From positions 1 to 62,724 of the IMG/VR virus record IMGVR_UViG_3300025018_003784: DNA of 62,724 nt; one strand, written 5' to 3'. Numbering within the stretch: position 1 is the first letter of the stretch; the number at the start of each line of letters is the position of its first letter. A program made the translations under genes and the position numbers. Under the pieces are notes generated by a model that was given only the letters and a program-made list of their open reading frames with translations, was not told where the DNA came from and searched no databases. Of this stretch, positions 19,367 through 29,248 are shown one piece after another. This DNA comes from a virus. Lineage: Duplodnaviria > Caudoviricetes.

Positions 19367-19762
19367 ATGACCATCAAGATTCAAATATTAATTTTCAAAA
19401 TTAAGATGTTTTTTCAATACCTGATATATTTATATCAAATGCTCAAAATGAGTAGTGCTCTTTGGAAAACAAATTCTACTATTCAAAAAAAAGAAGTTTT
19501 ACCAGTTCTTATTGTTCACTTCAATCCAGCAACATCCAGTCCTGAAGATATCGTAGGCCAATTGGATGAAGCAGTCTCAAAGCCATATAAAAAACTTCAT
19601 GGATATCCTCCAGTCGTTTTGGTCATGCCTATTGGAATGACATTCTCAGCATTAAGTTTTGATTCTTTTGTTGATGTACTAGGAAAAGAACAGCTAAGAG
19701 AATTCAAAAAGGCAATCTATAAAAAAACAAATGGGATTCAATTAGTTCAAGATATTAACTAA
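19367..19762 (+). CDS. hypothetical protein
   Basis: ORF with GAGG RBS. Confidence 0.6.
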   Translation: MTIKIQILIFKIKMFFQYLIYLYQMLKMSSALWKTNSTIQKKEVLPVLIVHFNPATSSPEDIVGQLDEAVSKPYKKLHGYPPVVLVMPIGMTFSALSFDSFVDVLGKEQLREFKKAIYKKTNGIQLVQDIN

Positions 19763-19764
19763 AA

Positions 19765-22700
19765 ATGATTCTTACAGATAAAGACATCACGAGTGAATTT
19801 GCTGAAAATTTTCTAGATAAGTTGCATCTGGCAATGTCGAAAATTGATCCTAATTGGATGAGTGAAGTCATGGAATCATCAGATTCAACTGAAGTAGTCT
19901 CCAAAATTGCAAAGCTAAAAATTCAAGGGTATAAATGGATATTGTCTTCATCTGGAAAGGGATTTGATGATAAGGCAAAAAGAAAGTTATCACAAGAATT
20001 GAAAAAGCTAGGCGAAGAGACCATCCAACTTTTTATTCTTCCTTCTACTATCGATGAACTAAATAACGAACGTAAGTCTGAAGAACTAATTCAAAAGAGT
20101 AAGCTTCCTTCTCAAGCTCAATTAGATGCCGGGAATTATCGAAAGAAACATATCAGGATCAATGGTTTTGATATTGCTATTGAAAATAAAAAGAATTCAT
20201 ATAGATCAGGCGTAGATAAAACTGGCAAATCTTGGAAATGTAAAATTTATTTTGATTATGGATATATTAAAGGAACCATAGGTGCAGACGGGGATCATGT
20301 CGATGTATTTATAGGTCCAAATCCAAAATCTGAAATCATTTTCATAATCAATCAAATTGATCCAAATACTAAAGACTTTGATGAACATAAAGTTATGATG
20401 GGATTCTCTTCTGAAGACGAAGCAAAAACTGCGTACCTAAAAAACTATGAGAAATACTGGAAAGGATTAGGGTCAATCATATCCCTTACATTGGATCAGT
20501 TTAGAGAATGGCTAGAGAAGGGATCTCAAAAAAAAGAATTAGTTAATCCTAAATTAGAGTTCCTTAAAGCAGATCTTGAACGAATTATTAAGAGAAATAA
20601 TGAAGAAATATCAATTATAAAATCACATCTTGCAATTCAGCCTGTGGTTGTTCATGGAAAGAATGGAAATTATATCCAAATGCGGAAAGTAAAAATTGAT
20701 AATGATTTTCCATCATCTCATGGATTCCAATTACAATCAGAAAAATATAAAAAGCCTAAGATCAGAAGTTTCCAAGAAAAGCCTAAATACAAAATAAAAC
20801 CCGAAGATTCTCTTGTATCTAATTTAGTAACAAATATTAAAGATTCTTTGTTGAGAAATGGACAGCATCAAAAAGCAAAAGAATTTACAGATTTAGCTTT
20901 TATTGCTCAGACAGTTGATGATATTTATGAAATTGCAAATGATTTTGTTGAGCTCCAAGGGAACCGAGCTAAACATCGAAAAACCGAAAATGATGAGCAA
21001 GATTTATTTAAGGCTATTGACTACGGCAAGCTTCAACCTAAAAAAATAATAAATAAGTTAAGAAGATTTACGACAGTATATGTAAAAAAAATTCCTTTCA
21101 TAAGTGAAAAGACCAAAAAACAATCACAAGAATATAAATCTGTGATTCGCAAATATAAAAAAACTCCATTATGGATGAAAGCACCTAATGGCGATCCAAC
21201 AACCCTTTCAACAAAAGAATGGATTAAATCTAAGACTCAAAGTTTTAAAGCTAAATATGGTGATTGGGAAGGGCTTGCTTTAAAGGAATATTTCGAGCAA
21301 GCGGAACCAGTAATGGAATGCAAAAATGAGGTTCCTGTGGGACTTGGGATTCAAGGAACTGTAGATTGGTTTAATAAAGCTATAGGTTCACAATTAGCTA
21401 CCCATAGGATTTCAGGAGGAGAAAGTATCCAAGTTGAGATAAATGGAAGAGGTATTAAAAATTCACTATCCAAAGGTGTCTACCCAAAAAAATTCCAAAG
21501 CATATTAGCAATCCAATCAGTTATTGAAAAAGGAAGGTTGATCGATGTTTCTTTAGATAGCACTAGATACAAAACTATTAATTATCATTTTGTAGCACCA
21601 GTAAAGATTAAATCTATAAAATATCCTATGATAGTGAGAGTGGTAAGTGATAAGAATGGTGATAGATTTTATTTACATGAAATAGTTTTAATAAATAACA
21701 AATGGGATTCCTCACAGACCCAGCCGTCAACTATTGTGTCATCGGAACAGGGAGAATCCCATTTGTCAAATTCTACAATATTCGATAGGGAAAAGAAAGT
21801 CAACAAAAAAGGAATTGATTCGTTTCAGAGTCCCGCCAAGCTACAACGCTCCAAGCTGCAGACCGAATCAATTCCTACACCAACAAGATTAGATGATAAC
21901 AAATTTTTTGTCAACAGAAAAAATGACAAATCTAAGCATTCCACTTATCGAGAAACTTTAGACGCACTGCATATTGATCCTAGCAAAATTAAAATAAAAC
22001 TAAAAGAGAACGGTGAGCCTGATATGAGTTTAAATTCTATAATAAAATCTGCAATAATTTTAACCAAAAGTCAAATAAGAAATGAATCTATTGATATTCT
22101 CAAAGGAGGTAAACGCAGAAAGGATGGAGAAACTTGGACTCAACCTTCGGGGCGTAAAGTAACAAAGAAAAATGGTAAGATCATTCCTGTATTTGAGAAA
22201 AAATCTAAAAATCTTAACGATTCGAAATTAAGCAAAACTAAAAGTAATCAAAATGGAACCTTCACAGCTACTATCAAAGATGGATATGATGTCTCTAAGT
22301 TATTTGTAGGAAAAAGAATCAAAAAAGGTGATAAGACTTATGAAGTAGTATCTGCGCCTTCCAAAAATAAACAAGGGAAATATGAAGCTACTTTTAAAAT
22401 GATTTCTTTAGGTGGAGAAATAGGAAGCCTTCCTGATAAAGCAATTCAAGAATCAAAGGTTGGAGGTTTTGCAAAAACAACTGAAGATATTTCCAAATTA
22501 GTAAATAATGCTGTTAAGTTAAAGAAGAAAGAATTATTAGCTAAAACTAATACTAAAACTGAAAAAGGAATTTCAGTTCCGACATCCCTCCCGTTTGGAT
22601 CTATTAAAAGAGCAGAGCAATATACTGCTGAAAAAGACTTCGATAAAGATACAATAAATTCTCTTAAAGAAAGAATTCTCGAAAATGGATATGATCCTTC

Positions 22701-23685
22701 TTTTCCAATCATGGTAGATAAACAGAATGGAGTATGGACAGTTGTAGCTGGTCATCATAGGCATGTTGCAGTTCAGCAATTAATCGAAGAAGGAAAACTC
22801 CCAACTAATTTTCAGATACCAGTAGTAACAAAAGAGTTTGCTTCTGATAATGATCGTATTGCAGCTCAAGTATCTGAGAATCAAAGAAGAAATGTATTGC
22901 CTACAGATGAAGCAAAAGCTTACGGCAAAATGCAGAAAAATGGATGGGATGCAAAGAAGATTGCAGAGAAACTTGGAAAGAAACCTGGGGATGTTAATAA
23001 ACGTCTAGCACTAAATAACCTAGAATCAAATTTATTTGCACTTGTTAAATCAAAAGATCGATCTCTACCTCTGGGAGTTGCTGAGGTTCTGGGTATGTTT
23101 GGGAAAGATGTCAATGGCAATCCTTCACATACAATTCAACTAAAAGCTTTCAAGTGGTATGTAGAGAACCGATCAAAGTATCCAGGAAGAGGTCCATCTG
23201 TAGTTCAATCATATATCAAAGATCTTCAATCGGGTGATTTAGCAGGTATGGATTTTGATTCAGTTGCATCCGATGCTCAAAAAGAAGCCCTAAGAACTAT
23301 CGGTTCTCAAGAGAAAGCATTATCCAATAAAAAGATGATAGATGGAATGCTTGATTCTCTAATGAAATCTTATCAAAGAATATTAGGCGACAACATCGGC
23401 GAAATTAATCCACAAACTGTAAAAGAGTTAGCAGCTTCATTAACTCTTTCTGGTGGAACAGTAGGTGGATCTCCAGTACTAGGAAAACTTGAAGCAGTCA
23501 TTCAAGATCTATCTTTAATTAAAGATAAGATAAGCCAAAAGATGAAAGAGATTGAAGCAGACTCACAAACTCCTATGATGTTTGGATTTGCGAAATCGAT
23601 TTTAGTAAAAACAAATTCATTGATAAATTTGTTCGAAGAAGAAAAAGACAAATTGTTAGATGTAATTAAAGGGAAGGTCGCATAA
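19765..23685 (+). CDS. polyvalent protein: inorganic pyrophosphatase-like, LPD3/BECR-fold RNase-like and ParB-HTH domains
   Basis: 'AGNYRKKH...DYGYIKGTIGADGDHVDVFIG...FDEHKVMMGF'; 'WMKAPNG...YGDWE'; 'YHFVAPVKI...RFYLHEI'; 'VVAGHHRH...SENQRR...IAEKLGK'. Confidence 0.8.
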   Translation: MILTDKDITSEFAENFLDKLHLAMSKIDPNWMSEVMESSDSTEVVSKIAKLKIQGYKWILSSSGKGFDDKAKRKLSQELKKLGEETIQLFILPSTIDELNNERKSEELIQKSKLPSQAQLDAGNYRKKHIRINGFDIAIENKKNSYRSGVDKTGKSWKCKIYFDYGYIKGTIGADGDHVDVFIGPNPKSEIIFIINQIDPNTKDFDEHKVMMGFSSEDEAKTAYLKNYEKYWKGLGSIISLTLDQFREWLEKGSQKKELVNPKLEFLKADLERIIKRNNEEISIIKSHLAIQPVVVHGKNGNYIQMRKVKIDNDFPSSHGFQLQSEKYKKPKIRSFQEKPKYKIKPEDSLVSNLVTNIKDSLLRNGQHQKAKEFTDLAFIAQTVDDIYEIANDFVELQGNRAKHRKTENDEQDLFKAIDYGKLQPKKIINKLRRFTTVYVKKIPFISEKTKKQSQEYKSVIRKYKKTPLWMKAPNGDPTTLSTKEWIKSKTQSFKAKYGDWEGLALKEYFEQAEPVMECKNEVPVGLGIQGTVDWFNKAIGSQLATHRISGGESIQVEINGRGIKNSLSKGVYPKKFQSILAIQSVIEKGRLIDVSLDSTRYKTINYHFVAPVKIKSIKYPMIVRVVSDKNGDRFYLHEIVLINNKWDSSQTQPSTIVSSEQGESHLSNSTIFDREKKVNKKGIDSFQSPAKLQRSKLQTESIPTPTRLDDNKFFVNRKNDKSKHSTYRETLDALHIDPSKIKIKLKENGEPDMSLNSIIKSAIILTKSQIRNESIDILKGGKRRKDGETWTQPSGRKVTKKNGKIIPVFEKKSKNLNDSKLSKTKSNQNGTFTATIKDGYDVSKLFVGKRIKKGDKTYEVVSAPSKNKQGKYEATFKMISLGGEIGSLPDKAIQESKVGGFAKTTEDISKLVNNAVKLKKKELLAKTNTKTEKGISVPTSLPFGSIKRAEQYTAEKDFDKDTINSLKERILENGYDPSFPIMVDKQNGVWTVVAGHHRHVAVQQLIEEGKLPTNFQIPVVTKEFASDNDRIAAQVSENQRRNVLPTDEAKAYGKMQKNGWDAKKIAEKLGKKPGDVNKRLALNNLESNLFALVKSKDRSLPLGVAEVLGMFGKDVNGNPSHTIQLKAFKWYVENRSKYPGRGPSVVQSYIKDLQSGDLAGMDFDSVASDAQKEALRTIGSQEKALSNKKMIDGMLDSLMKSYQRILGDNIGEINPQTVKELAASLTLSGGTVGGSPVLGKLEAVIQDLSLIKDKISQKMKEIEADSQTPMMFGFAKSILVKTNSLINLFEEEKDKLLDVIKGKVA
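21690..21803 (-). ncRNA. candidate antisense sRNA cassette B1 with promoter
   Basis: Minus-strand TTGACT-N17-TATTGT (21803-21775); 13-bp perfect IR 21698-21710/21754-21766. Confidence 0.6.
21805..21914 (-). ncRNA. candidate antisense sRNA cassette B2 with promoter
   Basis: Minus-strand TTGACA-N17-TAATCT (21914-21886); 13-bp perfect IR 21810-21822/21864-21876 followed by a T-run. Confidence 0.65.
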
Positions 23686-23930
23686 TGGAGAATAATGAAC
23701 CTTTATCACCAATAAATTTCTTTCGCAATATGGACTCAAGGGCTTTGAATATTCGAGCAAGTTTAACTGAAGGGATTGCCTTCGGGATTCTAAGGCATGA
23801 TTTATTTGATGGATGCATACAAGATATTAATAAGATATTCATCAATGAATTGAATCTTAGAAGATTCATTAAAGAAAAGAATTTAGAAATTGAATTCGAG
23901 CAATTTTCTAAAATGGGAAGCTTTGAATAG
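23685..23930 (+). CDS. hypothetical protein
   Basis: TAATG-coupled ORF. Confidence 0.6.
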   Translation: MENNEPLSPINFFRNMDSRALNIRASLTEGIAFGILRHDLFDGCIQDINKIFINELNLRRFIKEKNLEIEFEQFSKMGSFE

Positions 23931-24101
23931 TTACCATTTCCCTATTGGACAAGCTTGAGATTTTAATTTAGTTTTTGCTCTAACAAAGCAAAAGCAATTT
24001 GAACATTGCTCGAGGAATGGAATATTCTTCCAAAGCAAATCACATTCCAAACAAATAGCGATTCGTTTTTCAGAGAATGTTTGTTTGACTTCTTCTTCCA
24101 T
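23931..24101 (-). CDS. small Cys-rich protein (DUF6171-like, 56 aa), not in ORF track
   Basis: MEEEVKQTFSEKRIAICLECDLLWKNIPFLEQCSNCFCFVRAKTKLKSQACPIGKW; start overlaps the upstream stop (TAATG). Confidence 0.75.
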   Translation of the reverse strand: MEEEVKQTFSEKRIAICLECDLLWKNIPFLEQCSNCFCFVRAKTKLKSQACPIGKW

Positions 24102-24505
24102 TAGCTATTCAATCTTCCAGCAACTCGATATCCACCCAGAAGACTCCATTGAAAATATTCATATTTGAACCTTTCATAGTCAGTAAACCAGTTCGGGACA
24201 TAGGTGTTAATATCTCTTCTCCATTTTTTGGTTCCACCTGTTAGCGGATTACAAGCTTCAATAAGATACCATCCGCTCCCAGAAGGCTCTCCGTTACAGA
24301 AATTGCCAGTGGCGCAACAAAATGGACTATTATTGTCTGTTTGGAAATATTCATAGGTTACAATATTTCCACCAAGATCCACTTGATTAGAAACTCTTCT
24401 CCATTCATCTCCTACGGAATAACTACCACTTGGAAAAACATCATATCGTGTATCGCTTATGTTTCCCCACCAATGACCACCGTAACTTCCGATGGTTGGT
24501 CCCAC
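24101..24505 (-). CDS. Trp/Cys/Gly-rich tail-tip or fibre domain, probably a frameshift extension of 24514..25368
   Basis: No obvious RBS before the GTG; frame is open back through the slippery site at 24520-24526. Confidence 0.6.
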   Translation of the reverse strand: MGPTIGSYGGHWWGNISDTRYDVFPSGSYSVGDEWRRVSNQVDLGGNIVTYEYFQTDNNSPFCCATGNFCNGEPSGSGWYLIEACNPLTGGTKKWRRDINTYVPNWFTDYERFKYEYFQWSLLGGYRVAGRLNS

Positions 24506-24513
24506 TGGTGGGG

Positions 24514-25368
24514 TTATGCGAAAGGGCGGAAAACAAAATCTCCTTTATCCCACCAAGCAAAGTTCCCTTGAGTGCGAACTCTAAAAATCCCATCATCATA
24601 ACCAGATGAATTTACTGTTCGAATGAAATTCTTTTGCTCGCAAAAAGCCATTAGAAAATTGAGGGCATTTGTAATTGATTCTCTTGCCGCACCAGTAAAA
24701 GATGCTGACAAAGCTTGAAGAGACCCAATTTTAACATCTGGACTTAGCTTATCATTTGCAATAGTGTTATTTTCGATTGTAGCTCCATTTAAACCATCAC
24801 CAGAGTTGTAAATCTGCAGGAGGAATTTCACATCTGCTATAGGTTCACCTATGGCATTTCTCTTGTATTCAAGCAGAGGATAGTACCCAGGTGTTATTGT
24901 TGGTTCATCAATAGTTTCACTAAAGTTTTCTCTCAATAAAAATTGATGAACTTTGCGTGATTGACCAACTTGAGGATTGAATGATTTTGCACTAAGATTC
25001 CAAAATAATTTTGTAACATTCTTATCTAATTTAGATTCAAGTTTAAACTCTAATTTTCCATATAAAGAATTCGGATCAACTGTAATTGTCTTTCCAGGAA
25101 ATTGATATAATCCTGAAGATGAAAGTATGAAACCAGGCGAAAGTACAATTGAATCTGGTGTAATGCTCAAGATTTTAAATCCCATAGGAATAATCTCACC
25201 TGCTTTACCGATTGTAGCTTGCATAGCAAGAATCAGATGGAAGAATGCGGAATCATCTGCAATTGATCCAGCCATTCGATTAATATCTTCAGCATTTAAT
25301 CTCTGAAGAGGTTCGTGATAATAAAGATTTACTTCATTATTAGTTAGTTCAATTTCATTAAGTGACAT
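24514..25368 (-). CDS. baseplate-attached tail fibre/tip protein
   Basis: Follows baseplate J- and I-like genes. Confidence 0.55.
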   Translation of the reverse strand: MSLNEIELTNNEVNLYYHEPLQRLNAEDINRMAGSIADDSAFFHLILAMQATIGKAGEIIPMGFKILSITPDSIVLSPGFILSSSGLYQFPGKTITVDPNSLYGKLEFKLESKLDKNVTKLFWNLSAKSFNPQVGQSRKVHQFLLRENFSETIDEPTITPGYYPLLEYKRNAIGEPIADVKFLLQIYNSGDGLNGATIENNTIANDKLSPDVKIGSLQALSASFTGAARESITNALNFLMAFCEQKNFIRTVNSSGYDDGIFRVRTQGNFAWWDKGDFVFRPFA

Positions 25369-25981
25369 CTTCTATTTCTCCTACAAAAATAGCCGATCCT
25401 GCGACTACCATTCTCAATACTTTTTCGATTAATAAAGGTGTGATTTTGTTTAAATCATCTGTAATCATAAATACTCCCATTCTATCGGGAAAAATTATTC
25501 CACAAGGACTTAGTGAATAAATCCCACTAGGTTCAATGATTCCAACATCAGTTGCAGAAACATCAGCAGCAAATCCCACATCTCTTGCATGAAACAACCA
25601 AATCCCAGGTGTATTAATCACTTGAAATGCCATTGGTAAAGTAGTGTGGCCAGATAGAACATAGCCTATAATATAACCAACAAATTCTTCATCTGAAAGT
25701 CCTGGAGGTCTTTCCACACCTAACAACTCAGCCCATTTTTCTAGAAAATATCCTTCAGCTTGATTTAATACTGCAGACTTATGAGCTAGACGTTGAAATC
25801 TTAAATGCCATTCTACCGAATTGTAAATTGACCCTTTATTTATATCATTTATGTTTGAGATTGGTAAAAGTTCAGGTCTTTCAGAATCACCGATTAATTC
25901 CTTAAATATTTTTCCTGTTTTATTGAATTGAGGAAGCTGATTTAAAAGTTCTTCTGCAGATATATTATTAATTTCACTCAT
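25358..25981 (-). CDS. baseplate wedge protein (P2 gpI-like)
   Basis: 'AEGYFLEKWAELLGVERPPGLSDEEF'; downstream of the J-like gene. Confidence 0.7.
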   Translation of the reverse strand: MSEINNISAEELLNQLPQFNKTGKIFKELIGDSERPELLPISNINDINKGSIYNSVEWHLRFQRLAHKSAVLNQAEGYFLEKWAELLGVERPPGLSDEEFVGYIIGYVLSGHTTLPMAFQVINTPGIWLFHARDVGFAADVSATDVGIIEPSGIYSLSPCGIIFPDRMGVFMITDDLNKITPLLIEKVLRMVVAGSAIFVGEIEDVT

Positions 25982-25990
25982 AAATATTTA

Positions 25991-27244
25991 TTAAGTAGGT
26001 ACTACTTTAATAGCTGTTCCACTTACAATACCTCCCGATGATCCCATGGTTCTTGGTAAAATGTTTCCATCTATACTTATATCCGAAGGAATTGGAATAG
26101 GTTCAATAAGAGGGATTGCATTGTTTAAAGCCTTAAAAATGTTTCCTGGCAACCATTCACCTATTAAAGCTGCATCTTCCTTGGTTATTCTACCATAGAA
26201 CTTAGAAATATTTACCTTATAAAAATCTGGATGTGCCTTAACGATTGAAGCTTCAATTTGTTGGAGTAAAACATCAAATCCAATGGGTCTAGTGTTTATA
26301 AATTGAACACAAGCTTGGTTTGCTATTGTAACTGCATCTTCTACTTTCAATTTAGATGATTGAAGTATTTGCAATTCATACTCAACTGTTATTCCAGCTA
26401 TTGGAACTGAGGTTACATAAACAAAGGTTCCCATAGCAGCATAGCCAGGAAAGTTTTCTGGATCATTAAGATCTCCTTCTATTGTTTTTCTAACTAGATC
26501 CAAGAGTGATTGAGGTGGAGAGCTAGTTCCATCAGAGATATAGAGATTCACCCATCCAAGTTCAAAGAGTCCAGAAAATGGATTTACATTACCAGTTAAT
26601 TGAACTCCAGCTACCCCAGGAATTGAAACGGCAGCATTATAAATTCCTAATGGTGTAGATCGACCGAGATTTAAAATGAAGGTCTGGAATCTCTTTAAAC
26701 GAGATTCCTCAGTTTCTAAGTCAGTACCCCCAGTGAATGCAAAAGGATTCCAAATTCTTAAGCCTTGGGGCAGTGCAATATTAGGTGTTCCTAGACCATC
26801 AGATGTGTCTATGGTTCCAATTTGAATATTGTAGTCTAAACCATTGTTAAGAGCGCGAGCTTCAATTTCTATTGATGTGCTTCCAACTGGAATTTCAACA
26901 GCGGAGATAGTTTCAAATTTTAATCCAAAAAGATCGATTTCAAATTGAGGAATAATTACAGGTTCAATGTGACCTTCACTTTCAATTCTTAGGATTCCAA
27001 CTGCTTTTAATCCAGGGAGTCTAGGAAATCCGAAGGCAGAATATACACCTTCTAGAATAGCATATTTGAATCCATTAATTGCATCGATATCTCCAAGTGA
27101 TAAAACAAAGGATATAGCATCTAAGAGAGTTGAAATTCTTGAACCACGAGTGAAATTATTAAGCCTAGAATTTCTGGCTACAAGGTAATCTTGTAATGAT
27201 ACACGATATTCTAACTGAGTTTTGCCCTGATATGGTTGATTCAT
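25991..27244 (-). CDS. baseplate J-like wedge protein
   Basis: 'NFTRGSRISTLL', 'FTGGTDLETEESRLKRF...GRST...AVSIPGV'. Confidence 0.85.
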   Translation of the reverse strand: MNQPYQGKTQLEYRVSLQDYLVARNSRLNNFTRGSRISTLLDAISFVLSLGDIDAINGFKYAILEGVYSAFGFPRLPGLKAVGILRIESEGHIEPVIIPQFEIDLFGLKFETISAVEIPVGSTSIEIEARALNNGLDYNIQIGTIDTSDGLGTPNIALPQGLRIWNPFAFTGGTDLETEESRLKRFQTFILNLGRSTPLGIYNAAVSIPGVAGVQLTGNVNPFSGLFELGWVNLYISDGTSSPPQSLLDLVRKTIEGDLNDPENFPGYAAMGTFVYVTSVPIAGITVEYELQILQSSKLKVEDAVTIANQACVQFINTRPIGFDVLLQQIEASIVKAHPDFYKVNISKFYGRITKEDAALIGEWLPGNIFKALNNAIPLIEPIPIPSDISIDGNILPRTMGSSGGIVSGTAIKVVPT

Positions 27245-27251
27245 CAATCTC

Positions 27252-27307
27252 AGGGTAAAGGAATTTTAAATATCGGAAAGAACCGATATTTTCAAATTGC
27301 ATATCAT
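27252..27307. promoter_or_regulatory. divergent back-to-back pair of late promoters (TATCGG-AAAGAA-CCGATA)
   Basis: Minus: CCGATA-N13-TACCCT, 7 nt before ATG 27244. Plus: CCGATA-N13-TATCAT, 6 nt before ATG 27314. Confidence 0.75.
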
Positions 27308-27313
27308 AAGAGC

Positions 27314-29248
27314 ATGTCTATTATTGATAGTGCTACAAATTTTACGAGTTCCATAGGCGACTCAATTAGTAGTGGTTTCAATTCTTTAACTTCTAACTCC
27401 TTTGGTGGCCCACTCAGAGAAACCTATAGACCTAAAAATGCATTTTCATTCAAAATATTAAGAAGAAATGAAAATGGAAGTTATGATTTATCAAAAATCA
27501 ATTCAACTACTATTCCTGAATATTTCTTAACCGTTGGTCCTTTACAATACAATGAATCGTTTAAATTTAGAAATTCGATTGATCCAACTTTTGGTGGGAC
27601 TGCAGTAACAGATTTTGGTATAGGGAATTCTGAAGTTAGATTAGAAGGCGAATTTCACATATATCACAATCAACTACCACCAAAAAGTAAGTCGGATATC
27701 GAAGGAGGTGATTTTCTATCTGCTGGAAAATCTGCTGTAGTAGGAGCAGGGTCAAGCTACTATGATAAAATCCGAAATACTTTCCTAAACTTTTCAGGTG
27801 GAGAAATGAGAAGTGGGCTACAAGAATTTCAAGATTTGCTATATTTCTTTTATTTTTCAAGGTATGAGGATGTAAGATATACATCCAATGATGAAACAGC
27901 TAATTTAATAGCTGGAATTCCTGAAGCAGCTGGTGGTTTTAATTATGCATACCATGCGTTAGTATTTAGAGATTATGATAGAGGACGCATAGTTGAAGTG
28001 ATAATCCCTTCAGATGGATTTTCAATAACTCGTTCTGTGCAAGATACTAATACATATAAATATTCAATTAAGCTTGTAGTAATTAAAGATTTAGAAAAAG
28101 ATATCAAATCACCTTTAGTAAGATCCAATTTTAATCCAGAATTTAGAATTGCTGGATTGATGAATGAACTTGAGACTTTAATCAATCTTCCATTAAGAGC
28201 TTCATCAGCTTTAGTAAGTTCTGCAAGATTTTTCGATAATACAATAACTTCTGCTCGAGCATTGCCAGGAACATTTAACAGAATGAAAAAGCAATTCTCA
28301 CAAGATGGTAAACTTGCACGTAAAACTTTTCAAAATGCAATCGACCAAACACGTAGTGCATTTGGTTTCGGAAAGAAAAAGCATTTAAGTATAGAAGAAA
28401 TTTCAAAAAAGATAGATGATACTTATAAAGAATCTCGTTCAATAGAAGCTAAATTTAGACAAGAAATAGCAAAAGTAGACGCTAACTTATCAGGTTTAAT
28501 TTCAGCATTAGGTGGCTATGCATTAGGAACCTCAAGGCCTCTTGAGCAAGAAGCATTATTACCAAATGCAGACTCTACTCCATTATTGGATGAGGATGCA
28601 TACACTTGGGCAGTAAGTATTCAAAATATTATAATTCAAGTTCAGGCAGAAATGAATTATGCGTCATCAGAACCTAATTATAATATATATAATATTTCTT
28701 CTGGGGATACTTATGAAAAAATCGCTCAAGAACTTCTAGGAAATAAAGAGTTAGCAGGGGCTCTCGCTCTATGGAATAACGATGAGATCAAACAGGAATT
28801 AACAAGACAAGCCATTAAGATTCCTTTCGGTACTAATACTGGGATTTTTAGTTCACTCCCAGAGGCTCCTACTGGAAAAGATCTAGAGATTGGACTCATA
28901 GGAACAGATATTAAATTAACCGAACAAAGGGATGTAGCAGTTGCTCCTAATGGAGATTTAGGTTTAGTAGAAGGGAACGAATCGCTTATTAACAACATTC
29001 TAGATATAATCGATACGCCAATTGAATCTTGGACTCTTTATCCAGATTTAGGGAATCCAATTCCAATAGGAGAAATTGTAAATGATCTTAGGAACTCTGA
29101 TTATCTTCAAAATCTAATATCACAAATCCGAAGTGATAGTCGTATAAAAACTGCTAGGTTAAATAGAGTTATTCAAAATGGGGATAGGTATCTTATCTTA
29201 ATCGATATTACTTCAATGTCAGGGGAAAACTTTACAATCCAATTATGA
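27314..29248 (+). CDS. baseplate protein: tube-initiator-like, LysM and gp25/W-like C-terminus
   Basis: LysM 'YNISSGDTYEKIAQELLG...LALWN'; C-terminal 'GDLGLVEGNESLINNI...YPDLG...DSRIK'. Start moved to ATG 27314 based on the promoter. Confidence 0.65.
   Translation: MSIIDSATNFTSSIGDSISSGFNSLTSNSFGGPLRETYRPKNAFSFKILRRNENGSYDLSKINSTTIPEYFLTVGPLQYNESFKFRNSIDPTFGGTAVTDFGIGNSEVRLEGEFHIYHNQLPPKSKSDIEGGDFLSAGKSAVVGAGSSYYDKIRNTFLNFSGGEMRSGLQEFQDLLYFFYFSRYEDVRYTSNDETANLIAGIPEAAGGFNYAYHALVFRDYDRGRIVEVIIPSDGFSITRSVQDTNTYKYSIKLVVIKDLEKDIKSPLVRSNFNPEFRIAGLMNELETLINLPLRASSALVSSARFFDNTITSARALPGTFNRMKKQFSQDGKLARKTFQNAIDQTRSAFGFGKKKHLSIEEISKKIDDTYKESRSIEAKFRQEIAKVDANLSGLISALGGYALGTSRPLEQEALLPNADSTPLLDEDAYTWAVSIQNIIIQVQAEMNYASSEPNYNIYNISSGDTYEKIAQELLGNKELAGALALWNNDEIKQELTRQAIKIPFGTNTGIFSSLPEAPTGKDLEIGLIGTDIKLTEQRDVAVAPNGDLGLVEGNESLINNILDIIDTPIESWTLYPDLGNPIPIGEIVNDLRNSDYLQNLISQIRSDSRIKTARLNRVIQNGDRYLILIDITSMSGENFTIQL

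Noticed and set aside
21690-21914. tRNA genes or an intron/intein within the polyvalent gene
   Set aside because: No T-loop, D-loop or CCA pattern; frame uninterrupted; no intein terminal motifs.
27236-27313. ORF-track N-terminal extension of the 670-aa baseplate gene
   Set aside because: It overlaps the divergent promoter pair and the opposite gene; ATG 27314 fits the promoter spacing.
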